The translations under genes were made by a program, and so were the position numbers. 64,000 bases of DNA. Origin: Octopus vulgaris (lineage: Eukaryota). The stretch covers positions 10,788,001-10,852,000 of the forward strand of contig OX597821.1 in assembly GCA_951406725.2 (NCBI GenBank). Reading direction: 5' to 3'. The first letter of the stretch is position 1. Every line of letters starts with the position of its first letter. Under the pieces are notes generated by a model that did not search any database, was not told the DNA's origin, and saw only the letters and a list, made by a program, of their open reading frames with translations. Positions 1 through 14,130 of this stretch are shown in pieces.

Positions 1-1764
1 CAACTTTTTTTTCTTTTAATTACATAATTCATTTATAATTTTGAACTGCAGAATCGTTTTTTAGGTGCCATAATGTTTTTTATCTGCCTAGCACTAACTC
101 CGAAATCACTAAACCTAATTCATAATATACAGTGTATTCCACACCAGAAAATATTTTCGAATTTAAAATTAGCCCCTCTGCCTCATTTTGTGGTGTGAAT
201 GAAATGTATTGTTTATGTTTCATATAAGGCAGCTGAATCGTATCTTTATATATTTACTGCAAGTCATTAGATCATTGCATCGAATAATGGCAGGAGATTT
301 ACATAGTCCGCCTTTTGTGCACCATATACAGAGCCTTCATATACGTCCAGAAACCCAATATTACAGCCTGCTGGAAGTCCTCAAGGAAGTGCTGTTAAAT
401 ATGTCGATCCTCTGTGTAGCACATAAGCAGAGATAAAACTTGAGGTTGAGTTGATCACATATATAATGAACGTAAACAATGTTTGTTCATAAATATCGAT
501 CATTCTTAAATACACACGAGTCGAACCAGTTACAATTTTTTTGCACAGTTGCATAAATGTGTTTACATATTGTCTGTTTCTTCAAAACAATTCTTGCTAA
601 AGATATTTTAAAATATCCAAATGTAATATATTTATTAAAAAGAAAATTATTGCCATTGTTCATTATAGACACCAACTATTCTGAAAATGAACGTCACACC
701 TCTTCCCCACGATCATTCTATATATATCCATATCTTATTGTAATGACCACCTGTTTATTTTGCTGTTGCAATTTTAAAATTTGAGATCACTCCTTGTTCA
801 CTTCCGTAGTCATAACGGTATTGTTATCGCTTTCAAAATATCAACGAAATGAAGAAACAATCTTTTATAAATAGCAACGATAACAAATAAAAATTCTTTC
901 ATATTCAACATTTTTATAATATTATACGTTTCTTGGAATTGTTTAAAAGTTATTTAATAGTTTGAGATTAATTCTAATAATTGTTTCACGTCTATTTTTC
1001 GGTTCAATATAATTTATTTTCTGATTGTCCGCAGTTTAATGCACTGCTGGCTACTGAGGTGTTGTTGTTCTTGGTCCTGCAGCTGTTTGTGTTTTTCAAA
1101 ACAAATTTGAGAATCGTTCCAATAAATTCGGTACCCGAGATGTGAAAGAGAAAGAAAATTGAACTCCTCTGGATTTTGAATAGTTTATTGAGACTGAATG
1201 TCAGAAAAGTTTAATAATTTGCAGTTTTCTGCAAAGAAATGTGAAAAAAAGCATAAACCATCTCTTGGACATCGTGCGATATGAACGTAGTAATAATATA
1301 ACAGCAGCAACAACAGCAAGAAAAACAAAAGCAACAATGTTGAATGGTACCATGGAATATTCTGCCAGACATTCTTGGCATTTAATTTGACTTGATACTA
1401 ACACATATCAAAATATAATACCTGCTACTAATTAGCATCCACTAGCGTAAAACTATTATTATTGAAAATGATAACATTAATAAATAAAGACACAGCAATA
1501 ATAATTATAGATAAAAGACGAAGTGAAGGAGGAGGAGGAACAAATGAAGAAATTACTTCACACAATTCACATTACATACTGGTATTAGAAACATATATTA
1601 TACTGGCAATATGATCGCCCTCCGGGCCGTTTTCTGCTGGTCACTCGATAATATTTTCAGTTTCTAATAAATTTCATATTTTACGTCTAATTATTTTTTT
1701 GTACAAGAGTACTTATTTACTTAGTAAATATTGCATTTATTATTTTATTGCGGTCTTATTTTAT

Positions 1765-2351
1765 TACCATTAAGCCCCACTGTCCTATAAAAAGTACTCT
1801 TAATGGGAACATTAAATAAGCTATATAACATTGTCTCACTGTCCTATTTGTGGAGGCGCAATGGCCCAGTGGTTAGGGCAGCGGACTCGCGGTCATAGGA
1901 TCGCGGTTTCGATTCCCAGAGTGTTTATTGAGCGAAAATACCTAAAAGCTCCACGAGGCTCCGGTAGGGGATGGTGGTGATCCCTGCTGTACTCTTTCAC
2001 CACAACTTTCTTTCACTCTTACTTCCTGTTTCTGTTGTACCTGTATTTCAAGGGGCCGGCCTTGTCACTCTCTGTGTCACGCTGAATATCCCGAGAACTA
2101 CGTTAAGGGTGCACGTGTCTGTGGAGTGCTCAGCCACTTACACGTTAATTTCACGAGCAGGCTGTTCCGTTGATTCGGATCAACCGGAACCCTCATCGTC
2201 GTAACCGACGGAGTGCTTCCACCACTGTCCTATTTATAGTACACCGAGTTTTAATAATCACTTTTTTTTCATTTAAACTTATTTTCAATCATCCGTAATA
2301 ATTTAAAAGTAATATTCAGAAATTTAAGTACTCTGGGACTTAATGGGTTAA
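1765..2351. mobile_element. piggyBac-like non-autonomous element interrupted by a SINE
   Basis: Right end ...gggacttaatggg|TTAA is an inverted match to the left ccattaagcccca. A TTAA flank is typical of piggyBac. Confidence 0.45.
1850..2222 (+). mobile_element. tRNA-derived SINE, family A
   Basis: Pol III A box (tggcccagtggtt) and B box (ggtttcgattcc). 13-bp TSD cactgtcctattt at 1837-1849 and 2223-2235. Near-identical to 4482-4853. Confidence 0.9.
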
Positions 2352-4286
2352 TCTCTCATTTTTACACAAACAACAAGGTAGCCCAACTACGGAAGGGGGA
2401 GGTTTGTCAAGATTTACTTTCCCTTTAAAACAACATAGACTTTTCAATTCAGCAGCCCATCCGTAAGGTTTGCTGTGTGCTCGCGTGCGCGCGCGTGTCT
2501 GTGTGTGAGAGAGAGATAGAGAGAGAAAAGTTTGCAGACAATGAATGAAATAAACATGAAATGAAAAAGTCGTATAATACAGGAAATGGATATTTTTTAA
2601 CGAAATTTTCTACAAATATCGCTTAGATTCTGTGCCTTCAGAGTATATTGGGATGTATGGCAAAGAATTTCTCCGAGGAAGTGGAGAGAGGAATTTTGCA
2701 AAATTCACATGATCCGACATTTTTCCCCCTCATAACTTACGGGAAAATAATGACTTTTTTATGATAGTTTATTACAAATACCTTTCAAATGACATAGATT
2801 ACGATTATAAAGAAATTTATGAGGAAAATGCTTTCCGAGGGGTAGGAGAGTGGAGTTTCAGTAAAACGGACTTTGAGATCAGGAAGACCAAATAATTTAG
2901 CACTTCTCTGTGTTGATGTGGTTTTCCCCCACATACTTCGAAATGACGGGGTGGGAGCTTTTTCTATGGCAAGAAGTTGTCAAGATTCTTTTGCAGCAAC
3001 CCCTCCTTTTCATCATGCTATTCTCATACCATTCCGGATGTATTTTGGCCAAATTCGTCAAAATCGTGGTGGAGCGTTTTTGTTAAAAATTTTTAAAAGA
3101 TTTTTAATATTTTTGAGAGGGAAAAGTGAGTTATTTAAGGGGAATTTGGCTGTTGTTTCTAGCACATTCTAAGACATCACTCCTCGTTTTTAAATATCGT
3201 TTTGCACATAAATAAATTTATATCTTATGAAACTTAAAATTTGAAAAATTATGATTTTTTGGCAACCACACTCTATGCCCCCCGATTAATTCTGTTTAGA
3301 ATTTAAAATACCGGAGAGACTGAGAATGTTATTGCAGGCATTAATCCACATTGATGTAAAAGATGAGTTACGTAAGTGATAATCCATTTAAAAGTTTTAT
3401 TTTCTATTAGAAAATGTTTTTTCGTACATACACACACGGCCGCGTTTGATTGGGGTGGGGGAAAATTTTGATAGCAATTGTTGTTGTTTTTGTTTGTATT
3501 CCGTCAATGTACAAGGCGTGTGTTACATCGGCATCATCATTCCATAAAATGTGTTCAAGGGAGAAAAATATTGCAAAATCATCAATCCATGTGAGAGTAA
3601 AAGTGGGAGTTGGTTTGAGTCATGCTAGAAACAACAGCCAAACCTCCATTGAAAGGTTCATCTTTTTCTCTGAAAATATTTACATTTTTTTGTTTTCACC
3701 GCAATGATTCCTCCGATGTTTTTAAGTTAAAACGGGCCAAAATCGGTCTGGATAATTATTATAGAATTCCAAACAGCCATAACAATAAAATGACTTTTTA
3801 ATATTGTTTACACAAATGATACCGGTATGTTAAAAAATATACATTACGTATATAGAATACACTGTTGTTTTTGCAAATAGCGAATGGAAATGTGAAATGA
3901 AAACACTGAAATTAAAAGTGAGAGACTTTGCAAATGAAAATGGAATGCACCGCAGCGAATGCAACGAATATTTTAGTTTGCGAAAAATTGCTGTTTCATA
4001 ATTCAATAAACTTCAGAAATCGAAACTATAGGAAATTTCTTGGAATATGAATATATAAAAAATCCCAGTAACTCTTGTACACCTAATTAATAAGCAGCCT
4101 CCTCCATCATAATATAGACGCCGATATCATTTTATATAGACAGGGAAAAATAACAAATAATATGAAATGAAAAAAATAAAAGAAAAAAGGCAAATATAAA
4201 GCTTCCAAATTTAAGGATATTATGCATCTCCATGATTTAGCGTTTTTGAAAATCTCTGAAACTTTGAGCTCTTCAGAGACACATTC

Positions 4287-4398
4287 CGTCCTCGTGTATG
4301 CTCTTGCTCTGCTTAGTCCATTCTGCTTTTCTATGATGTGTGTAGGCATCACAGAAGAACAGAATGGACTAAGCAGAAAAGGAGCATACACGAGGACG
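4287..4398. repeat. imperfect ~52-bp-arm hairpin (MITE-like foldback)
   Basis: cgtcctcgtgtatgctc...ctatgatg pairs with catcacag...gagcatacacgaggacg; loop about 8 nt. Confidence 0.85.
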
Positions 4399-4481
4399 TA
4401 CAGTGTGAAAATTTGATTATACTAAGTACCAATGGCATGAATCTCTGTTTTGTTTCATTGGTATATTAGTCCATACACAGT

Positions 4482-4853
4482 GGAAGTACTCCGTCGGTTA
4501 CGACGACGAGGGTTCTGGTTGATCCGAATCAACGGAACAGCCTGCTCGTGAAATTAACGTGTAAGTGGCTGAGCACTCCACAGACACGTAGTTCTCGGGG
4601 ATATTCAGCATGGCAGAGAGAGTGACAAGGCCGGCCTTTTGAAATACAGGTACAACAGAAACAGGAAGTAAGACTGAGAGAAAGTTGAGGTGAAAGAGTA
4701 CAGCAGGGAACACCACCATCCCCCGCCGGAGCTTCGTGGAGCTTTTAGGTGTTTTCGCTCAATAAACACTCACAACGCCCGGTCTGGGAATCGAAACCGC
4801 GATCCTATGACCGCGAGTCCGCTGCCCTAACCACTGGGCCATTGCGCCTCCAC
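4482..4853 (-). mobile_element. tRNA-derived SINE, family A
   Basis: Reverse complement of the 1850 copy. TSD catacacagt at 4472-4481 and 4856-4865. Confidence 0.9.
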
Positions 4854-5654
4854 TTCATACACAGTATATACCAACCTACACTATTCTTTCTTGCAAATTT
4901 TACCTAATTATCAGTTCAATTAAGATGGAAGTGAGACATTTGCCTTATAGTTCATCTCGATCTTGTCCATCATGTAATCTTCTCTGCGATATTCACCGGA
5001 TAAACAAAAAAAAACAACACATTTCCCATTCCGACGACTCAAAGAGTTACACTCAGGATATATTTTTCGGCTGATACAGAGGTCATTTCTGCGTACAGCA
5101 ACAGATTTTTTTCTTTACTTTGGGTGTCCCTCACTGAGGCCTGGCTGACGCCACTAACGCAGCTTTAGATTTAATTCTGAATCGACATTATTTGAACATC
5201 TCTCTTTCTGGAGGATACTGCAGCATGGATAATGACGTTGTCCTCGTATAGCAACATGTAATACTTGAATACTAATTCCTAGAGAAATGTATATTTCGCT
5301 GGAAGGAAAATTTGGAAATTTTTCTAGTCACATGATGTGAAAGTCCACGTGAACTGCGAGGACCAGCCATTCCCTGTTGCCGACAGCCTTAAGTGACTTG
5401 CCAATTCAGAATATAGTTTACAAATACATTTAAATAATAATTATTATTAGTATTAGCAAATAGTATTTTGAAGATACGTAAAAACAGACACTGTTGCTCA
5501 GATACCCTATTCAATGTAGTATGGTTTCTCTGTTACGTATCTTATTGCAAAGCTGGCCAAGTATAAACGAATTTGTCTTCATTGGCAGGGACTTCACAAA
5601 TACTGGATAGAATTGATTAGTTTTGATCAATGAATGGATCACATTATTCTATCG

Positions 5655-5723
<69 letters not shown>

Positions 5724-6114
5724 TCCACATCGTTTATTTTATTGATATCCTAAGAACAATTAAGTTATCTCTTGTAACAGAAGAGTGAATCACAAAATTT
5801 GGCTCGACAAAACAATTGATCACACTTACTATCTATTACGTCGATTCTGCTGGCGCTGTGGATATAAGACTCAAATAATTGGTACTATTTTCTAGATGTA
5901 TGTGATTGCAAATGATTGCACTGAATATATATGTAATGTATTGGTGTATGTTCGGGATTAGAATTATTGCACAAAATGTTTACTCGATTAACGCGCTGAG
6001 GTTAACTAAGATATAAATAATTTTGATATCAATTCTACGGTATTTAACGTTAAAGTAACATTCCTGATATATAACAAACATCTATCTATCTATCTACCTA
6101 TATATATATATATG

Positions 6115-8212
6115 AATTTTATAGAAAACGAAAGACGAAGACGTGTAGAAACGACAAGCAGGTGTATTAGTTTAACGCTCCGGAAAAATGGATAAGTCTT
6201 TTATATTTCGACAGAAAGAAATAAGAGGCTAAAATGGAGAATAGAGAAAAACGGAGAAAGAAAAAACAGTGTAGAATTCAGCGGGATAAGAGAGAATAAT
6301 AAAAAGCGGTAGAATGAAATGGTGATAATAGTAAATAATGGTCGAATGAAACGGAGATAATGAAAAAATGAGGTTGGATGAACGGGAAATAATAGCAAAA
6401 TGAGACTGAATGAAAGGGAGATAATAATGGTGATCCCAACGAACAAAAGTGCGCAAGCGTCTGTGTGTATGTAAGAATGGTGTATATGAATGAGTATATG
6501 TAAATGGGGACGAGTGAGGCTGACGTGTGTGTGCGTATGTAATGTCTGTGTATGCGTGTGTGCTGTGTGTAGCAGGTTGATGTGTTCTTTTTCAAGTGGT
6601 GTGTGTACAATTGTATGTGTGTGCATGTGTATAGTGTATCCTTGTCGGTGAAAGTTTTCTTTCTCTATGCATGTATTTATGCACGTTGTGTGTCTGTGTG
6701 TATTGTTTGTGTTCAGGTATTATGTGCTGCTGTACGTGTGGTAGTATGCAAAATGGTGTGTGGTGTGTGTACTTAGTTAATCAGTGCGTGTGGCTGCTTG
6801 TATAGTGGTGACGTTATTGAAGATTGTGTATGTGTGTGCAGATTATGTTGTGTGGTGTGGCTAGGCGTTGTAAGTATTGTGTAATGGTGTGTGAGGTAAT
6901 TGATGAGTGGAACTGTGTATGGCTTGTTTGTGTGTTTTTGTCTGGTGAGAGTACCGAGGTGGGCTACATGCAAGTGTATAGGTGGATGGTGTAGTTAAAT
7001 GTGGGAGGTGTAGGTAATCAGTGTGGGGTTGGTGATAGATGAAGGGAGAAGATTAATCTATGTTATCTGCGAAGGTGGGAGTCCGGGTGGCCCAAGCGCA
7101 GAGAGATGTAGCGATTGACCGGTAGAGCAGAAGCGGTGCGTGGCCGTACTTTGCATTGCAGAGTCAGATGTCTCGGAGGTGCTCCACGAACCGGTAGGAG
7201 AAGCGGTGTCCCGTTTGACTAATGTAAAGGGAAGGACAGAAAGAGGAGATACTGTAAATAACAATATTAGAGGTGCCTTTGAGGAAGGTGGTGCTGGTGA
7301 GGAAGGGAAAGATGCGACAGCGAGATCTGGAGCAAGGGAAGAAGCCAGGCTGGGAGTAGGGTGTAGGAATGAAAGTTTGGATTAGGCGGTCATGCAGGTT
7401 ATGAGCACGTTTCAAGGAGGGAAGGTATGCAATGTGGAGTATAGAAACTGGAGTCGCTGGAAGACTCGGAGAATGGTGTGTTGGAGCAGTACGATGGATT
7501 GGTGTTATGTGACTGGAGACGGGAGACGGGAGACGGGAGACGGGTAAGGATAGGATGGGTGCGAGGAGAAAGGGCAGAAGCAAGGTCCACAGATCGTGCC
7601 CGGGCAAGGCAGTGTAGATAATAGTGATGGGAAATCTACGTAGGATGAAGTGGCGAGCCATGATTTGAGATTGAATCTCAAAGCCATGGTCGTCACTGCA
7701 GAGCCAGCGAAGACCGATGAATTCGGTGTGAGTGTGGGTAAGGTGGGAGAAGGAGAGGCTGACGTAGGAGGGTGATTCAGTGTATTTGTAATGAATAGAA
7801 TAATTTTGAGCGGAGTGGTGTATGGTGATTGAATTTTCGAGAAATTCGCTGTAAGAGTTAGATATAGTGTAGAAGAATTCGAGGCTAGGACCGAAGGTTT
7901 GGTGAAACGATAGGAAAGAGTCCAGTTGTTCGAAGAAGAGTTAGGTAGTGCCGATAGATACAACGATATAACGACCGTATTGCTTGAGTATGGGAGGAAT
8001 TAATTGTGAGAATATTTGGGCCTCAACGTAGCAAACGAACAGATTCGTATATTTGGGGCCCATAATCCGGGGAATTGTTTCTATAACTCCTCCGCAAATG
8101 TCAAGCAGTTGAGGGAGAGGGCAAGTTCAGCCAGATGAAGCGTGGAGGTGTCAGGTTGAGAGTCAGGCCAAATGTCAAGGAAGTGCTTAAGTGCAAATAG
8201 TTCTTCGATGTG
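6115..8212 (-). mobile_element. decayed Penelope-like element (RT and GIY-YIG fragments, 3' end)
   Basis: Minus-strand fragments MGPKYTNLFV..VE, degenerate RYIVV, RFSYRFVEHLRDI and HRFCSTG. 3' terminus shared with 19404-19540. Confidence 0.8.
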
Positions 8213-8659
8213 TGGGATTACCGTATATGTGTATATGTGTATGTGTACGTGTGTGTGCCTGTGTGTGTGTTCAGGCATATCTATGTTTGTATATATATGC
8301 ATATATTTGGCGAGGTAGGGTGCGTGTGTTTGCGTGCAGTTGAGTTTGATCACACAAGTATACACAGGTCTTCATGTTTCTTTCCCTTACTATTGAGTGA
8401 TATCTGTGAACGTGATTATCTCTGTATATGTTGGATTATTAATTTACAAAAGCATGTTTAGTCAATCGAAAATATTAATTTCCTTGGAATCAAGGGAGTT
8501 TTTGCAACAGATAATCTAGTGTCCATGGAAAAGTATCAGCAACGAATTATTTCTCATCCCTGAGTGTATGGAAAAGCACTATGTGTTACGTGTTTTGTTT
8601 TTTTTATGAAAACGAACATTTTTGTTTGTATGCGCATACAGACACATATATATGCATTC

Positions 8660-8713
<54 letters not shown>

Positions 8714-8723
8714 ATAGGTATGA

Positions 8724-8774
<51 letters not shown>

Positions 8775-8875
8775 TGTAAACATGCTTACATCTATATATA
8801 TACACAGATACGCACCATAATCATTTACTATATGTTGTTTCGTTGGCAACCACATTTTCAGTAACCGATGGAATG

Positions 8876-8915
<40 letters not shown>

Positions 8916-8984
8916 TATATATATATATCAGTGACACTAACTGATATATAAGAAAAACAAAACAAAAAATTCTAAGTTACTTAC

Positions 8985-9080
8985 CTGGGCAAAGGTGAGG
9001 AAAAATAGTTGATCAGACGAAAGTGGCAAACCAGGTAACATATAGTGAACATTTTGTGATGACTTCCATTTCAAAAACGC
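8985..9080 (-). CDS. M13 metallopeptidase exon AFLKWKSSQNVHYMLPGLPLSSDQLFFLTFAQ
   Basis: 96-nt phase-0 exon, acceptor ctcctctctag, donor gtaagt. LPGL...QLFF..FAQ motif of the M13 C-terminal domain. Confidence 0.94.
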
Positions 9081-9588
9081 CTAGAGAGGAGAAAAAATGA
9101 TCAGTAATTAATTTAACAGCATATTTCTTAATCCATTAATGTCAATTAACGTATATGAAAACGCTTGTACTTGTTACCTCTTCACACATACGCAAATGGA
9201 ACGCCAATCATTTGAAGTGCATCTATGGTCGAAGATGATGTGGCCGTCCATTTTCAGATTCTTATTTTCATTATTGTTTCTTCATGCATTAGATGCGTTC
9301 AAGAATAGCATCTAAGGTGCTATTAACCCATTTAAGTCACTTTGTATTTAATCATAAACTATTTTACTAATTCTACTTCTTTCTTGTGGCTACTTTTAAG
9401 GGCGAAACTCGGCCTTCCATTGCAGACTGACAATAAGGAATCCTAAACAGTGATCGACATCCCACTCGTTCCAGCTCAGTCTGTCTCTCCATATTTCCCA
9501 CTCACAGTGGCTTATATATATGAAAATATACATACATGCATACACAGGTACACACGCGTATACATACGCATACACACACATACCTATA

Positions 9589-9655
<67 letters not shown>

Positions 9656-9675
9656 ATATATATATATATATAAAG

Positions 9676-9880
9676 TTAATCCAAACAAGAAAACAAAAAG
9701 ACAACAACGCGAGGATGTGGAACAAATAATGTATTATTGGACGCTCAGGAAAGAAGGGAAGAAGGAGGGTATGACGTTTCGAGCGGAGCTCTTCGTCGGA
9801 AACATAGGAGAAAGAAATATCTCGAGGTGGGAGGACAGAGGGAAAAAAATGCAAGTGATCTTCACGAGGTCACATACTGA
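9676..9880 (-). mobile_element. short Penelope-end-like element with minimal HHR motif (9768-9806)
   Basis: Minus strand reads gttt-CCGACGA-A-GAGC tcc GCTC-GAAA-CG-TC-atac. Same family as 29866-30085. Confidence 0.65.
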
Positions 9881-9896
9881 AAAGTATATTTATATA

Positions 9897-10759
9897 TACA
9901 GTGTGCGATTTTTAGATTGCCACATTTTATATTTTTAATTTCGTGCATGCGCATTGATTGTTCTACTTTTGTCGACTACACAGTATAGTAGAGTCAGTTG
10001 GGCACCGTCTGAGCGAAAAATATTAACATGACGAAATTCAATTTACCAGACACATGTAAACAATATGATGTACTGCCTGGTCTTCTCGCTAGAAGCTCCA
10101 ATGGGAATCATTAAGATTGTATTCGTGTCAATTTGAGGTCAGTGCAATCTAAGAGTATATACCGAGTGTGATAAACATCAAACCTCCAGTAATATGAAGG
10201 TGTTTGGGCTGATCACCAGTTAGGGCGTCCTTATGCTTCCATTCGTCTTCCATCACGACTTCAGACTCAAGACAGATCCTATACAAAGTGCCTGGAGGAG
10301 TTGCCCTGGATCAAGAGGGTGGCTGCTGGAAGACTCTGTGTCTGGCAACAGGTATCTGTTCCATGGCACAACAGGAGGAGAAGTCAGTCGTGGCCTTCAG
10401 ACAATTTCTGCGATTACATTACAGCTAATATCTGGCCACCTGACTTCTCAGACTGCAACCCTCTTGATTATTATATGGGACGCTGATGACCGAGAGACTA
10501 ACAAAACTCCTTGTAACACAGAAGATGAACTAAAGCAAGGATTATGGCACCACTTACCACCTTAAACAAGGAGAGAGTTCAAAATAGCCGCAAGAGATTC
10601 CAAAATCGTCAGGAGGCCATGGTGTAAGCAAATGGCGATATTATTGAATAAATTTATTCTTTAGTATTTCAAGATATTTTTATATAATAATATAATATTG
10701 ATAAATATATTTGTTAACATGAGATACTAGTGTTTTTGTAATTTTGCGTAATTTAGACG

Positions 10760-10762
<3 letters not shown>
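9897..10762 (+). mobile_element. decayed Tc1/mariner (DD37D/maT-like) transposon
   Basis: Relic peptide WQQVSVPWH...IWPPDFSDCNPLDYYM resembles QQDxAPxH...WPPxSPDxNPLDY. Starts at TA-cagtg. Confidence 0.75.
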
Positions 10763-10816
<54 letters not shown>

Positions 10817-10855
10817 GCGTGTGTGTGTTTATGTATAGACACTTATACCTTATAC

Positions 10856-11089
10856 TTATTTCTTTACAACCCACAAGGGGCTAAACACAGAGAGGACAAA
10901 CAAGGACTGAGAAACGGATTAAGTCGATTATATCGACCCCAGCGCGTAACTGGTACTTATTTAATCAACCCTGAAAGGATGAAAGGCAAAGTCGACCTAG
11001 GCGGAATTTTAACTCAGAACGTAGCGGCAGACGAAATACTGCAAAGCATTGCCGCCCTACATGCTATCGTTTCTGCCAGCTCGCCGCCA
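10856..11089 (-). mobile_element. tRNA-derived SINE, family B (MetaSINE-like central domain)
   Basis: Core gcctttcatcctttc.gggt.gat.aa..aagtaccag. TSD tataccttatac at 10844-10855 and 11091-11102. Confidence 0.85.
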
Positions 11090-11792
11090 ATATACCTTAT
11101 ACCTACCTACCTAACATACATACATACATAGATACTTACATATATATATATATATATATATAGCGAGAGAGAGAGAGATAAATACATACACACACACACA
11201 TATATGTATATATATATAAATACAAACACTCACACACATACAGGTACTGTAATTTCGGTTTTCTACATTTTGTTTACACTAAACATGAATGAGCTCATAT
11301 CTTTGACATATGACTTGGTTTTGAATAATCTCGTCATTGAAGTGAATGTAGAGAGAATGATTTATTCATTCATTCGGTATTAATTCTAATTAATTCAAAG
11401 GTCTCCAAGAGACGTATTAATTATTACACTCTCAATTCACTCCACGTCGGGGAACATAATTTCGATTCAAATGGGAGTATTTCAAGAGTGTTTGCTTTTC
11501 ATATGATGCCTGCCACATACAATGACAAAATCAGTGTCGGCATCAGGAGACAATGCATATTTCATTTCATAAACGATGTCAGTATTTGAATTATATATTA
11601 ATTACCAGATGAATTACCGAACGAGTAGCTGCATAAAGTAAACTAAAGTCGTTTTCCTTCGGTTGAATGGGTGAGAGTTGAAATATAGTTGATGTGGACT
11701 ATATTGATCTTCTATTGACAGAGGGGTCATTGCTTGTATTTCATGAATAATGCAAGACAATATGTGTCTGAATGTTCTATGTAACAATCGAA

Positions 11793-11954
11793 TATATACA
11801 ATTTTATCGATTAACTATGCATATGTGTGTGTGTAACCATGTATTAGCAAATATACACAGGTGTGTGTATGTATGTATATACAATTTTATCGATTCACTA
11901 TGCATATGTGTGTGTGTAACCATGTATTAGCAAATATACACAGGTGTGTGTATG

Positions 11955-11960
<6 letters not shown>
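11793..11960. repeat. 84-bp tandem duplication
   Basis: Two near-identical copies of atatacaattttatcgatt...gtgtgtatgtatgt. Confidence 0.85.
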
Positions 11961-11999
<39 letters not shown>

Positions 12000-12188
12000 C
12001 TATAGTAGTAGGAATGAAAGCGGGGTAGGTCAAGGAAGCTGACTAGCTAGAGAAAAGAACAGAAGGGGTAAAATATATATATTGGGGTGTAAAAGAAACA
12101 AAAATACTAAAAAGAAAGGTCAGTCTATTTCTGTGGTGACAGAAAACAACTGTATTAATCTACCGATCCATTCTTGTTGCTTTGGTTT

Positions 12189-12293
<105 letters not shown>

Positions 12294-12509
12294 CTGTGTA
12301 TATTCTATATTATATATTATTAATATCAGGAAATCAATATAAGAAAATTCTTCAGAAAGATATATACATGTGTAAAATAATTGTTGTATTAGAAATATAA
12401 ATATATGTAAATATGTATAAGTATAAATATATAATATATATGACAGTTTCAAAGTTTCTAATTAAGTTTTTAATGCATATTATGATCGTTTCACAGAAGT
12501 GCTATCCCT

Positions 12510-13700
12510 ATCATAGAATCCTATATTGATGAGCATTTATAGACAACTCTTCTGATCGTCAGAGATATAAAATTTGCATTTTGTATAATATATCGAATGG
12601 TAGTTATTTTTGGTTTTTAAAATTTGAAGTAATACTATAAAATGATGTTTGTTTATAAATGGTGTTTAGTACGAGAGTCTTTCAATCCATAAATACATCC
12701 TTGGTCAGGCTTCAGTAATAATCCATAATATTTATGTGTAAAATCCATTACAATGTCTTGTATTCCAAATATAGTTCATAGACTCAGATAATATAGAATA
12801 ATGGACTGCTATATTGATAACCATTTATAAAGATAAAAATATAAAAGAAATATGTTGACCAATTTACAATTTTATAATTTCACATATAATTTAAAATATA
12901 ATTTTATTTTATATTATTTAAGTCTATGAAGTATATTTGGACAATAAAATGGATTTTATACATAATTATTATGGATTGCTACAGAAGAATTACCGAAGAG
13001 GCTAATATGAATTTGAAGATTGTCATACTAAAGTGTACTTACCAAAATAAAAAGCAGTAATTCTTAATTTATATTTCAAAGAAACACCATTTTCCCATAT
13101 TACTTCATAATAAAAAAACCAAAAACTACCTTTCGTAGAATTATAAAGATTTCATATTTAATAGTACTGAAGAGTAGAACAGTTATCTAGTAATGCTTAT
13201 CAATATAGGAATCCATTATTCTATATTATCTAAGTCTATGAAATATAACTGGAATACAAGACAACATAACGGATTTTACACACAAATATTATGGATTATT
13301 ACAGAAGGCTAACCTAGGAAATATATATGGATTTAAAGACTCTCATACTAAAGTGTACATACCAAAATCAAAAGAAGCAATTTTTAATTTTTAATTTATA
13401 TTTCAAACAAGCACCATTTTATAGTATTACTTCAAATTTTAAAAAAACTACGATTCGATATATTATATAAAATTCAAATTTTATATCTCTGAAGAGCAGA
13501 AGATTTGTCTACAAAAAACCTAAACATAATCCGCTATTGATAGACTTTGAAAACACAATTTTAGAAATGATAAAATCCATAAAATTCTCTACATTTTATT
13601 CCAAATATCAAAAGAATATTACCAAGATAATCAACAAAAGAAGCCTCCAAAATTTTAACCCACAACTTACGAGAAATGTTTAATAAACACAACGAAACCT
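12510..13700. mobile_element. rearranged Penelope-like ORF N-terminal relic (two tandem plus one inverted ~300-bp copies)
   Basis: Units at about 12905-13200 (+), 13200-13515 (+) and 12510-12830 (-). Relic peptides GNIYGFKDS and PLLIDFENTILEMIKSIKF resemble PLE N-termini. Confidence 0.55.
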
Positions 13701-14130
13701 TGACTACGTGTAAGCACAAATTCTTCCACACTCTTAAATATATCTAAATGTAAGTTCACTCTGCCTCCACGAATAAAACCCATATATAAACCCCTATGAT
13801 CATTAACACATACGCATCTGTATCTCTATTATCTCTCTAATATATCTATATATGTTACATTTACCTTACCTCTTATATGTTTTCTGTCTTCTTACCTCCT
13901 CACTTTATGAGGTAAATATTAATTCTTTAATTTATCGTTAATTTATTTTAACATCTTAACCCAATAAATCCGCTAGAATCTAATACTAACTCCCAATCAT
14001 AAATTAACATTGAACTATCTCCTCCATTCTCGACTACCTACACACCCATAACCCCATTGCTAAAAAGAACTCTACAACCAGTGACCTTGGCCAGAACGGA
14101 CGCAATTATTTACTACTATATAACTAATAT

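Noticed and set aside
1850-1920. tRNA gene (also 4780-4853, 14131-14205, 18888-18955)
   Set aside because: No proper acceptor stem; the first three run into SINE bodies and the fourth is part of a composite insertion.
5825-5890. Possible next M13 exon containing IHSA
   Set aside because: No WC or HSP..R motif, weak acceptor, and it resembles a degenerate family-B SINE core.
11793-11960. Tandem duplications (also 55604-55675) as CRISPR-like or functional arrays
   Set aside because: Only two copies next to microsatellites; slippage or assembly duplication is more likely in this eukaryotic context.
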